Part shown: in pieces, positions 50,943-61,650 of the stretch
How the letters are laid out: every line of letters begins with the position of its first letter
How positions within the stretch are numbered: the stretch's first letter is position 1
The notes under the pieces: generated by a model
What the model saw: only the letters and a program-made list of their open reading frames with translations
What the model was told of the DNA's origin: nothing
Databases searched by the model: none
Assembly (NCBI GenBank): GCA_013239625.1
Contig: MU053136.1
Location: 638,017-702,016, forward strand
DNA from: Lama guanicoe
Taxonomy: Eukaryota
Length of the DNA stretch: 64,000 nt
Direction of reading: 5' to 3'
Program-made: the position numbers and the translations under genes

Positions 50943-50984
<42 letters not shown>
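50939..50984. repeat. (TG)n microsatellite in the TAC3 proximal promoter
   Basis: 46 bp of alternating purine-pyrimidine with one CG interruption. Confidence 0.95.
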
Positions 50985-50987
<3 letters not shown>

Positions 50988-51089
50988 CCCATATCCCCAT
51001 TCCCCCCACCAGCCTCCCCCTCCCTTCCAGCCACCCTGGGATTGGTGAGTCTCAGCCCCTCCCCCGTTTCCCCCAGACCCTCCCAGAGC

Positions 51090-51258
51090 CTTTATCAGGG
51101 AGCTGGGCCGGAGTTGCTGCCACATTTCGAGAGCCCCTCCACTCCCTGTTTCTCTCTTCACGGCAGCACCAGCAGCGTGTGCGGGGAGCGGGCAGTGCCC
51201 CGGGCCAGCTCCCCGATCCTGCTAGACCATCTGTCCTGGGCTCAGAGCTGCTCCACAG
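51090..51258 (+). promoter_or_regulatory. TAC3: TAC3 core promoter and non-coding exon 1 (5' end approximate)
   Basis: TATA-like TTTATCA at 51091-51097 and donor CACAG|gtaggc after 51258. The next exon's acceptor lies only 5 nt before the ATG. Confidence 0.6.
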
Positions 51259-51840
51259 GTAGGCATGGGCGGGAGCATGCTGGATGGACGGGAGCTGGCA
51301 CCAAAGGACAGGGGCAGAGTCAGGAGGGAATAAAGGAGGGAGGGATAAAGGTGGCAGCCTTTGATCCGGGAGCAAGGCACTGGGAAGGTGAGCAGAAAGA
51401 GTGGATAGGGGTTGGAGTAATGTTTGGAACCTGTGGGTACAGACTGATTCTTCCAATACTAGAAAGTTTTTGCCCAAGTCTTGGGGTTACCTAGGACTGG
51501 AAAACAGCATCAAGGCTCCCTCCTCAAGCCGACTAAGGAAACAGACCCATGCACGCACTCTAAATCTATCGTCTTCCCTGGGAGCCTAGGGTTCCCGCAC
51601 CGTTGCACCATTGCTCATTGCCAGGTGCACGTCCTGGGGAAACGTGTGATGGGGGGCAGGGAAACTGAGCCCCTCCTGCTCAGATACTCTCCCAGACCAA
51701 GGCTTGGATGGAAGAGCTGGCGGCTGGGGAAGCAGGGTCAAGCCAGGCTGCTGGTCGTGAGTGTCCCCTGCGTTCGCACCGGTGTTGTGTCCTCCTCCTC
51801 CCTGCCTTCCCTGTCCTGTCCCTCTGCCCTCCTAGGCACC

Positions 51841-54800
51841 ATGCGGAGCACCCTGCTGTTTGCAGTCATCCTGGCCCTCAGCTTGGCTTGGAGTTTTGGG
51901 GCTGTCTGTGAGGAGTCCCAGGAGCAGGTGGTGCCTGGTGGGGGCCACAGCAAGGTAAGGCACCCCCTCCAGCTGTGCCCGCCCTGGCAGAGTACTGGGC
52001 ACCACCGTGGGAGCCGCACCCTGCCTGTCCCACAGCTGTAGGGAGGAAGAGGGGGCGGGCCGACAGGAGTCACCTGTATTACCCATCGGAGGGTTGGATT
52101 ACCCTGCCTCTCTGGTGGCCTCGTGTTCTCACTGTCTCCAGGTTTGTTTGTCAGTGTCTCTGTCCCTCTGTGTGTCTTTAACACCTTGTACAGGACCTAC
52201 TAATAGGTCGTTTGGTCAATTGATTGTCTGGTGACTCGGTGACTGGATGGTACTGTGAGGGATAGGCTGGCGCGATCTCAGGTTCTCTACAGTCCAGCCC
52301 AGGTTCTGTCCCTTTGCAGGGGGGACAGATCCTCCCCGCTCCCCGGATGGCATGAAACAGTCAGAATTTCTCTCCCAAATGGTCACTTGTGTGCTGTTTT
52401 ACCTATCAGTTATATATATTATTTTGTTTTTAAAATTAAAATAATTTCCTCATCCCCTGCTCATCCACCCCCAATAACCTCAGGTGCTCCCAAGATCCCA
52501 ACCCCCTCTTCTCTCCTCTCCCGTGTCCTCCTCTGGCCTCTGCTTAGTCAGGATAGGGAAAAAACACAAAACAGGCCCCAATTTCCAAAGTTCCTCTAAG
52601 AAAAAGAATAGGAGTTGTCAGGGTAGGGGTACCAGGGGAGAGCAGGGAGGAAGTCTTTTCAAGGTTTTGAAATGACAGCAATTACATCGCTACAAATGCT
52701 TTTAAGATGATTACAGGTGGAACTTATTACAAATTCAGCATGTGAAGTCTGCCTCTGCAGCTCAAATCGTTCAGCATCTCATCACAGGAGGTGCGCAGGC
52801 AGAGTACTTGAACAATTTGTGGGAGTGGCTGCGTGGGAAGCCGTGTGCTGGGCAAAGAGGGAGGTCACCAGCCTTTGTCCAGCTTGTGGGGTGTCCCAGG
52901 GCACGAGAGGCTGGCAGCGTTGCGGGTAGCAGCAGTTGCACCAGGTCCAAAAGACCAGGACCAGTTCAAAAACCACACAAAGTGTGCCAAGCGTGGGCTG
53001 GACACTGTGTTCAGAGCCCAAGGTTCCAGCTGGAGATAGTCGGAATATCTGGGTCTCTTCCTCTGAGAGAAACTTGCCTCAAGACCTTGTTCCTCGTGGT
53101 CAGTTAAAAAGAGAGATTGCTCTCCTGCCCTTTCTTGCTGTAGGTCCGTGAGGATGAGGGCAGTTGGGATGAGACGAGGGTAGGATGTACGTACGAGGGC
53201 AGCCAGGTTGGCATGTGTTGGGGTGCGTCCTGTATAAATGTGCACCTGTGTGTGCTCAGCAGACCAAGGGCCCCAGGGCTCTGGAGAGAGAGGCACCACT
53301 GAGATTCAAGGTGAAAACCTCCCAGCACGATCACTGTCATTGTCTCTCTGCAGCCGCAAATAACTGGGCGTGTGGTGTGTGCCCACCAACCATCCTGCTG
53401 TGCCCACGTTGCTAAAAAAATCAAGATGATTAACAGCCCCTGCTTGGCAGCAGGTCTAGAATGGGGTTCAGTTGTGGAGGAGAAGTTTCATTCTGATGAG
53501 CATGCTGCCTCCCTGAAATTCTAAATCCAGGGGAGACAGGGGAGAGGGAGAGAAAACCAGAGGCAGAAGCTGATGGAGAAGAGCGAGCAAGAAGCGATGG
53601 AAGTGCAGGGAGAGGAACAACCAGAGACATAATGCAGAGTGGGGGGTTTCAGGATTGCAGGCATGCTTGCCCCCACCTGTCCCCAGGTATGTGACTCAAT
53701 CATGGAGCACAGACCGAAGGACACTTGCTCTGGCTAATGAGCCTTCATGTGAGTGGAGGAATTCATGGCTCACTTACTTAATGGGGCAACCACATCCTTG
53801 GTCAAACCACTTCCTGATGTGCCAGGGAGAAAAGAACCAGGGGCCTTCTCACTGAGACGTGGCAGGAGCTGGGAGAGGGCCCCAAGGGACCCTCTGAGCT
53901 TGGGAGATAGCATGACCAGCCCCCCGGTTTTCCCGGAGCCACCCCGGCTTGAGCACCGCAAGCCCCCCACACCTGGGCAAACTGGGACAGTTGGGGCGCC
54001 CAACGTTCTCCCTTTTCCAGCGCTTCTCAAACCTTGCTACGCATATGGATCACCTGGGGGCCTGGTTAAGATGCAGATTTTGTCTCGGTAGGTCTGGGGG
54101 AGGACTGAGATCATGTATTTCTAACAAGCTCCCAGCGTGGATGCTGCTGGTCCATGGGCCATACTTGAGAGCCCACTTCTCTTCTAGTGTAAACCCAAGG
54201 AAATGCTGAAAGAAAGAGGATGTCAGCTTTAGCTGTGGTGGGCTCAAGGAGAGGCTGCTTCTTGTGGGGAAAGAGTGAGTGGACTGGGTGTGAGCCTCCC
54301 CTCAGCCCTCTTGGCCTCTCTCCCCTAGAAGGACGCGAGCCTGCACCAGCTGCCCCCGTCCTTGCTCCGGAGACTCCCTGACAGCCGCTTAGTCTCCCTG
54401 AACGGATTGCTCAGAGTGCTGAGCCGGGCTGGCACGGGTAGGAAGCAGCCCCAGGGAGAGGGGCGTGTGGGGCAGGGTTCTGAAGATTAAATAGAACTGG
54501 GAGACCCTTTTGGGTGGGGAGGAGGCTGGAGATGGCTTAGGGAACAATTGCTTGTTCTTGCTCTCACAGGTCCTAAGGAATCACCACTTCCCCAGAAACG
54601 TGAGTAGCCTCTTCTGCCTCCCCGTCTCTGCTGACTGCTTGCCCAGAGCTCCTCAGGCAGGGCGCCCAGAGACTATTTCGGCTGGCCCCGTCTGGGCTGG
54701 CCCACACAGCACGCTCGCTGCAGCTGCTCAGCCAGCCTTCCCTCACTGCGAGAGGCCACTGGGAGCTGGGAGGAAGCAGGTGTGAGGGGCGCGGTGGGGT

Positions 54801-55608
54801 CTCCCTCTGCTGGCAGGTTATCAGGAAGCAAGAGGACCTCTTGGTGGCCGTGATGATTCTAAGCCAGGCACCTGCCGGTTGAGAGAATTTTAGAGAATTC
54901 CTGAAATATGGGTGAGGGAGAGATAGGTGCAGAGGCTGCGCTTAGGCGATAGCCTACTAACTGTGGGGAGTGAAGCTGTGAATGAGATAAAGAAACAGAG
55001 ACCAGAATCCAACGCTGACGTCTTGACACATGCCTGGGGGAATGTATTGGCCCCGCATCATCGCTGTTGACAGTGCTGGCCCTATTTCTGCAGGTGACAT
55101 GCACGACTTCTTTGTGGGACTGATGGGCAAGAGGAACGTCCAGCCAGGTAGGTGCCTGCGGCAGAGCGGGGGAAGGGTCAGGGCACTGGCAGAGATAAGG
55201 CAGCAGTCAGCTGCCTCATGTTTGTCGCCAGAGGGAAAGACAGGATTTTTCTTAGCCACAGTGAAGGTTCCTTGGCCCCTTCTACCCAGTCAGCTCGGAC
55301 CCACAGTCCAGCTCTTCCTGGGAGCAGAGTAGGGAGACCTTTATATGACAGTCCTGCTGCAGCTGGGAAGGGGCGGGGAGGCTCTGCTTCCTCCCCATCT
55401 CGCAACCAGAGCATTCCTCTTCTACTCAACTCTGTCTTCCAAAGCCATCCTGCATAGCAGCCCTTTGCTGTTGGGTCAGGGTGAAGGCCATATTCAGAAA
55501 AGTCACTCCTAACTACACCATTTACTTCATCCAGACACTCCTATTGATGTGAACCAAGAGAATGTCCCCAGCTTTGGCACCTTCAAGTATCCCCCCAGTG
55601 TGGAATGA
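51841..55608 (+). CDS. TAC3: Preprotachykinin B (tachykinin-3, neurokinin B precursor), 126 aa
   Basis: Coding exons 51841-51954, 54329-54437, 54570-54599, 55094-55147, 55535-55608; total 381 nt. Protein: [126 protein letters not shown]. It has a signal peptide and KR-NKB-GKR. Confidence 0.98.
54018..54177. mobile_element. MER5A-like MITE in a TAC3 intron
   Basis: 'cagcgcttctcaaac...gatcacctgggg...gttaagatgcagatt...tttctaacaagctccca...gatgctgctggtccatgg'. Confidence 0.8.
55096..55125 (+). other. TAC3: Mature neurokinin B peptide [10 protein letters not shown](-NH2)
   Basis: Preceded by KR and followed by GKR (amidation plus dibasic cleavage); tachykinin FXGLM motif. Confidence 0.98.
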
Positions 55609-56169
55609 GGTACGAACTGTTGGTCAGGGAGAAGAGAGGGGACGGTGTTGGGGGGGATGGTGGGGGGAGATTGCCAGAGGAGCATTTCCTCTGATGCTGT
55701 AGGCATTAATGCTCATAATTAATGCCCTAAATACACTACCAGTGCCCGACACTTAGAGGCGCATGCTTGTCTGAGAGCGCGCACGCACGCACACACATCT
55801 CTTCCTCATCCCTCTCCCCTGTCTCATGGACTCCGGCTTACTCTTGAGCAGAAGGAGGGAGTGTTGGGAAATGGGAAGGGAGGGGTTTCCCCTGGGCTTC
55901 TCTGCTGGGCACCTTTTGTTGTTTGAACTCCATACTCTTGTGATCTGTGCAAAAGAGGGAGAGATCATCATCTGATAATTACAGATACCGTGTCTCATCC
56001 ACATGTGAAGCATTTTGCTTCCCAGGCAGGCTGAAAACGTTCAGATCACTCAGAATCTCAGGTTACTGGGTCTAGTGTGTAGTTCTTTGCAAGGGTGATT
56101 TAGGAAGAAATGCAAGGAACTCTGAAATCTAAGGGGGCATAGCTGGAAACCATATCTTAATTGCTCTGT

Positions 56170-56360
56170 GCAGCATAATGGGTGACAGCATGGCCTCTGT
56201 TCAAATCCTGGATCTGCCACTCACTAGCTGAGTCCCCTTAGCCAGGTGACATAACTTTTCTGTGCCTCAATTTCCTTATCTGAAAAATGGGGGTGATATG
56301 GTTATCTTGCGGGGTTGTGGTTTTGAGCGTAGGTAAAGTGTTCTGAATAGTGCCCAGCAC
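56170..56360 (+). mobile_element. MIR SINE
   Basis: 'ttcaaatcctggatctgccacttcactagctg...tctgtgcctcaatttccttatctgaaaaatgggg...tagtgcccagcac'. Confidence 0.75.
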
Positions 56361-57694
56361 GCAGCGCTGGGGGTGTGGGGAACGGCCGGGGGCTGACCCT
56401 GGGGGCTCTGGTCTGTCTGCCTGGAGCTCCCTGGGCTGGACCCTGGGCCGGAATGGGCTGACAGCTCTCTTACTCGGTATGCCAATGTGAGAGTCCCCAG
56501 GGAAGTGTCTTGTCAAAACATGGAAATTTCCGCCTCGACACCATCTTCCCACACACAGCAATAGCAGTTCAACTGGTGGCTTTCTTTGCACCAGCTTCCA
56601 AAGAAAGAAGGTGTTGGGGGAGAAAAGGAGAGGGATCAGGAAGCCTCAGTCATCCCAGAGTCTCCTGCTCCCTCCCTGAGACCCTGTTACTCACGCTCAC
56701 CACGCTCATTGGTCTCAAAGGAGATTCAAGGACCGGGAGCTGGCTCTCGATGAAACTGCCTGTGCCTGATCCGGGGGCCCAGAGACTAGGTCTGGCCCCC
56801 CATTCAGCGCTGGGTGAGAGGGCACAAAGAGCCGTAATAACCGTAACTCGCTGATTACACGGTACTTACTGTATCATTTTGCTCTCATTAGATTGTTATT
56901 TCAGTCCTGCCGATGGCCAGATAATTATATAGGCAGCCATATCTGGATGACATGCTCTCCCCAACGTTATGCATCAGCCATAAAGATAATTACAGTGCAA
57001 TTTTGCCATAGTATTTTATACAAATGGCAGAAACAAGAGCATTGCGGAAATCTACTTTTAATGCTTTCTGGTGGATCTAGGCTCTTTCAGAGGGACCAGG
57101 CCCATAATTGCAGCCTTCATAATCTCACCACTAACAGAGCATTCTCAACCCATTTGGTGCCTGGAAAAACAGACACAAGGTCCCTGGGGCTGGCACTTAA
57201 GTAAGATTAGATGAACTAGATCAACAAAGACCATTGTGCCATCTTATTTCATTCATGTGAAACTCCTGAAAAAGGAAGTGATCCCTGCCTGTCCTTCCTC
57301 TGGGAGGTTTCTGGAAAGAGGAAGAGGGACTAGGTGAGGCTGGGGGACCACTGACACCTGGGAGCATTGGACGGGGCTGTGTGTATGCTTGGCTCACAGG
57401 GACGCCAGGAATATAGGAACTTTGCCACTGCAACTTTCTGCCTGGGCCCCACAGGCCATGCCCACGGTGTTTGTAAGGGTCACGATAAACACGGCAGCTG
57501 GGAAGGGGCAAGCACCTGCGGCGAGGAGAGTTCAGTCTTCTAGTCCGAAGGCTGCAGAGATAGCTGAGGGCTAAGACTTCCATTCTCTCTACTTCTTCTT
57601 CACAGATGCCCCTCCCGCTGTCCCTGCTTCCCCAGTGGGTGGTTGGTGGGAATTTTACAGGACAGAGATGTGATTTCATTTTCTGGGTCCTCAG

Positions 57695-57972
57695 CACTCC
57701 ACTTCTGGACCCCTGGGCTGCATCGTGAAGACACCTGTCGCCCTGTCCTCATCCCCAGGTGCATGTGCTCCCTTCTCTTCCCCATCCTTGCAACACTCTA
57801 GTGCTTCGACTCCTTCCCCGTCCCCCTACCCCATCGGCTGTAGAAACTGTCTAGTGAGCATCCCCAGTTCCTGCAGGCGTTGGCTATAGATCCTCTGAAG
57901 TTTCTGTAGTGTCCTAAAAATATGACATCTCTCTCTACTCCTCCACAATAAAGGATTTTTACGTACGATGAC
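57695..57972 (+). other. TAC3: TAC3 terminal non-coding (3' UTR) exon with poly(A) signal
   Basis: Donor 1 nt after the stop (TGAG|gtacga), acceptor 'ttttctgggtcctcag|cactcc' and AATAAA at 57947-57952. Confidence 0.75.
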
Positions 57973-59437
57973 CTAGAGTGACTATTTGGTTGGTGGGTGA
58001 GTTTTTCTCTTCCTTGACTCTTCCAGCTACATCACACACATGCATATATATGATACACACATGTATCATATATAAGTGGAAGTATCTTTATTTTGTACAC
58101 ATACTGATTTTCCCAACAGTGCCTTACTCATTGCTTCATACAATTAATATCATAAGATTTATTCAGTGATTGAAAGAAGAAATGAATTTGGAAGATTGTT
58201 CCTCAGAGGCTTTCACAGACCACCTTCAGATATAGAAAAAAAAACCCCAGATATTCTGAATGGCTTGTCTGTATTTCCAGCCTGGGAGACATCCATCCCT
58301 GAATCTGACTCTATTTAGAGACAGGAGGTGGTGATCAAGGCTGTGCGACGACCCAGCCTCAGAAGAGGATGCATCTAAAGCACTGAACCATTTTTCTGCC
58401 CCCAAGTGTCGAGCACGGGTCCTGCAGCAGGTTGTGGGGATGAGGCTGTGATCCATACACAGAGTTTACAGCCTAGCAGGGTTGTGGACAAGCAAACAAC
58501 ACTCGGTCCTGCTAGGAGGAGGCACGGACAGGAAAGTTACTGCAGTGGCCAAGACAGAGGAGAGCAGATATCCTCAGTGTTAACTGGCCACCTTTGTTAT
58601 TATAAAGGGGAAGCATTCATTTCGACTCTTCCATAGTGCAACTGTTGCCAGCCCCTGTAATGCTGGTCTAGTGTATGTACAGCAGTTAAATGAGTGTGTG
58701 GGGGTGTCTTTTATTAATCTGATGTGCCAACAGCCCATTGATCCCAAGGGGGTTTCTGTACCCTAATGGAACAGCCTGGGAAATCCTCAGGCTCCCAAGG
58801 CCATGCCCCTGAACCGCCCTGGTAACAAAGTTGACACAGCCTCCCAAGGCTGTGTAAAGACAGGGCTATGGAGCCAGACGCCACTTCCTGCAGGTCCTTC
58901 ACCCCAGTGAAAGTCCTCTCTTTCCAGAACCTGACTGGGGCAACTTTGGACCCACAGCTGTAGGGTTGGGGGAGGGGAGGAGGAAGGGCTCACCTCCAAT
59001 GCCTGGTGTCAGGTTTACTGCTAGAGGTCAAAGAATGCTCTCTCCTTGAATTCTCAAGCCTTCTTCCAGTGAGTCATCTTGTTGACTTTTCAAAACCATC
59101 TATCTGGAGGGCTTAAGAGTGGGGTAAGTTTGCAGAGTCTGGGGAACGTGTTCGAGACATGAAGGCTTCATGCTGTGGTTCTTCTCAGACTTGGGAGGGA
59201 GTACACGTGCGCTGAGATGACACAAGTGCTTTGGCAAGTAGGAGCATTTATGCAGAAAGGTTGCTCTCTGGTGGGACTGATGAAAATTGCAGTACTGGGG
59301 ATTCCAGGAAAAATGAAGACAAACTTAAAATCAGATTCCAACTTTTGTGCCTGGAGGATGAGTGAAGGAATCCCAGCCTTCCTCTTCCTGCTGTAAAGAG
59401 GTTGATGCCTAAGGGGACTTTCAAAAAGACCTTGGCT

Positions 59438-59580
59438 GGAGGGGAGGGTATAGCTCAGTGGCAGAGTGCATGCTTAGCATGCACGAGGTCCTGGGTTCAA
59501 TCCCCAGTACCTCCATTAAAAAAGCAATTTAAAAAAATCAATAAACCTAATTACCTTCCCCCAAAGAAATAAGTAGGGAA
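59438..59580 (+). mobile_element. tRNA-Ala-derived SINE (camelid Vic-1-like)
   Basis: Head GGGGAGGGTATAGCTCAGTGGCAGAGTGCATGCTTAGCATGCACGAGGTCCTGGGTTCAATCCCCAGTACCTCCA (A and B boxes, AGC anticodon loop), then an A-rich 'aataaacctaattacc' tail. Imperfect TSD AAAAAGACCTTGGCT (59423-59437) / AAACAGACCCTGGCT (59582-59596). Confidence 0.85.
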
Positions 59581-59689
59581 AAAACAGACCCTGGCTAAAT
59601 TCCTGGCCCTCCTCGACTTAGCTTTGTGTCTGTGTGTCATTGTGATGGCATGGTGATAGACTTAAAGACTTCAGTATTAAAGATTCTAG

Positions 59690-60459
59690 ACCCAATTCAG
59701 TATGTGTGGAGGGGGAGGGTTTCCCACACCACCAAGCAATGCTCCAATATTATCTACATATTATCTACCCAGAGATAGTATCAGATTTCACAGAGCTCAG
59801 TCCTACAAGAACCACCCCCGACCCCAACCCCTTCAGATGCCTATCTTAAGCCCAGGTTATTAACTGTTCTTCTGATCCACAACTACAAATTAGAGGTTCC
59901 CAAAGCCCTATCCTTGAGTTCCATTAATCTGCTATTGTTCATGGGACTCAGAAAACTCATTCACTCACTAGATCACCAGTTTATTACAATATAATGTAAC
60001 AGGAAGGCCAGATGGAAGAGCTGCATGGGGAAACGGATGCGAGAGTCGCGGCGCGTCCATGCCCTCTCTGAGCACGCCACTCGCCTCTCACTGAATCTCT
60101 ATGGTTTCACCAATCTGCAAGCTCTCCAAACCCACTTCTTTTAGGTTTTTATGGAAGCTTCATTACATAGGTATGATTGATTAAATCATCGACCATTGGT
60201 AATTGATTCAACCTCTAGCCCCCTCTTCCCTCTCTGGAGGGCAGGGGTTTGAGACTGAATGTTTCAACCCTCTAATCAAAAGTCCTCCTAGCAGCCAGCC
60301 GCCCACCTTTAGGTGCGTCCACAAGGCATTCATCAACATAACAACAGACGTCTCTATGGCTCTCACTACTTAGGGAATTCCAAATGTTTTAGGAGGTCTG
60401 TGCTAGAAACAGGGATAAAGACCAAATATATATTTCTTATTATAAATCACAATATCACA
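59690..60459 (-). mobile_element. MER21-like solo LTR
   Basis: The minus strand begins TGTGATATTGTGATTTATAATAAGAAATATATATTTGGTCTT; internal 'gctcagtcctacaagaaccaccccc' and 'ggaagcttcattacataggtatgattgattaaatcat'. Confidence 0.75.
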
Positions 60460-60649
60460 AGTATCAACATTACACACTTTAATCTCCACCTTCAGAGGGG
60501 TGTTAGCATGTGAAGTACATTTACTGGGATCAACATTCCAGAGACGGTTAAAGCAGTTGGTTAGAAAGATTCAACAGGCCCAAGACGCCTGCCAAGTCTT
60601 GCAGCCTGATGTCTCAGAGCCATGCCGGAGGTTTGGAGTCTATTGGCTG

Positions 60650-61350
60650 TGTTAAAAAAGAAATGGGCCCGTAATGGAGTCACTTGTGCTAAGCCCCATG
60701 TTAGCAACCAAGATTTAATGCCTGACCTAATGGCAGTTTCAGCCTCTCCTAGGAACGTGACCTTTAACCAGGCAATACGGAATTACCACAAGGAAGGCGA
60801 TCTTGCCTGAAGTAATCCACTCTGTTGAAAAACAAAATTCAGCTGAGTAAATTTGAAGTTCTCATTGGCTTTATTCAATGACCCATGAATCAGGCAGCAT
60901 TCCACCTAGCAAATAGAAAGGAGTTCCAAACAGCTGCAGAAAAGGAAAGGTTTTTTAAGAGCAGAAAGGGAGTGGGGCAAGGAAGTCACGGACAGGAGGA
61001 CGGGTTATTTCCTTTGCGGGGAGGCAGCTGTCTATGAGGTGGCTAGGTAATTCCATATTGACTGGTTAAAACTCACATTCTTCAGAGAGGCTGAAACTGC
61101 AATCAAGTCTTGGTTTGACGACATGGACCTTAGCATAAGTGACTCTATTTTGGGCCTGTTTCTTTTTTAACAGCTCTTCGCTAGAAACTTCCTTTTCCTG
61201 CCCCCTTTTCCGTATAAAACACTTCTATTTTGTAGAGCTCTTCAGAGCTCCTTTCTACTTGCTAGATGGGACACTCCTGTTACTGAATTGTTGAGTAAAG
61301 TCAATTAGATCTTCAAATTTACTCGGTTGGATTTTTTTTTTTTTTAAACA
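60650..61350 (+). mobile_element. ERV LTR (outer copy; 5' LTR of a degenerate provirus), split by an inverted insertion
   Basis: TGTTAAAAAAG...TTAAACA ends, TATAAAA at 61213-61219, followed by a PBS-like TGGCATCAGCAGTAGGAC at 61355-61372. Confidence 0.75.
60823..61172 (-). mobile_element. Solo LTR of the same family, inserted in reverse inside the outer LTR
   Basis: The reverse complement starts TGTTAAAAAAGAAACAGGCCCAAAATAGAGTCACTTATGCTAAG, versus outer TGTTAAAAAAGAAATGGGCCCGTAATGGAGTCACTTGTGCTAAG. Flanks ACTC/GCTC look like a 4-bp TSD with one mismatch. Confidence 0.8.
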
Positions 61351-61507
61351 GAGTTGGCATCAGCAGTAGGACTGAAGGAGACTTCTGATGGCTTCAGGGA
61401 CAGTGAGTAACATAGTTATGGTCCCTGCAAACCCTTTTGGGTTCTCTGTCTTTCTTGCTGTTTCTGAGGGCCATGAATAAATTCTCAGTTTACATATATA
61501 TGTGTAT

Positions 61508-61571
61508 ATTTTATTGAAATATGCTTGGCTTACAATGTGTTAGTTTCTGGTGCACAGCACAGTGATTCAGT

Positions 61572-61611
<40 letters not shown>

Positions 61612-61650
61612 ATCTATCTTTTCATATTCTTTTTCATTTTAGGCTATTAC
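61508..61650 (-). mobile_element. Short L1 3' end containing a (CA)n microsatellite (about 61575-61604)
   Basis: 'ttttattgaaatat...ttacaatgtgttagtttctggtgcacagcacagtgattcagttatacac...cttttcatattctttttcatt'. Confidence 0.7.

Noticed and set aside
50838..51494. 218-aa ORF with a CV repeat, and overlapping HT-repeat ORFs
   Set aside because: Produced by the (TG)n microsatellite and the GC-rich TAC3 promoter.
59441..59515. tRNA-Ala(AGC) gene
   Set aside because: Imperfect acceptor stem, SINE-type tail and flanking TSD indicate a retroposed SINE.
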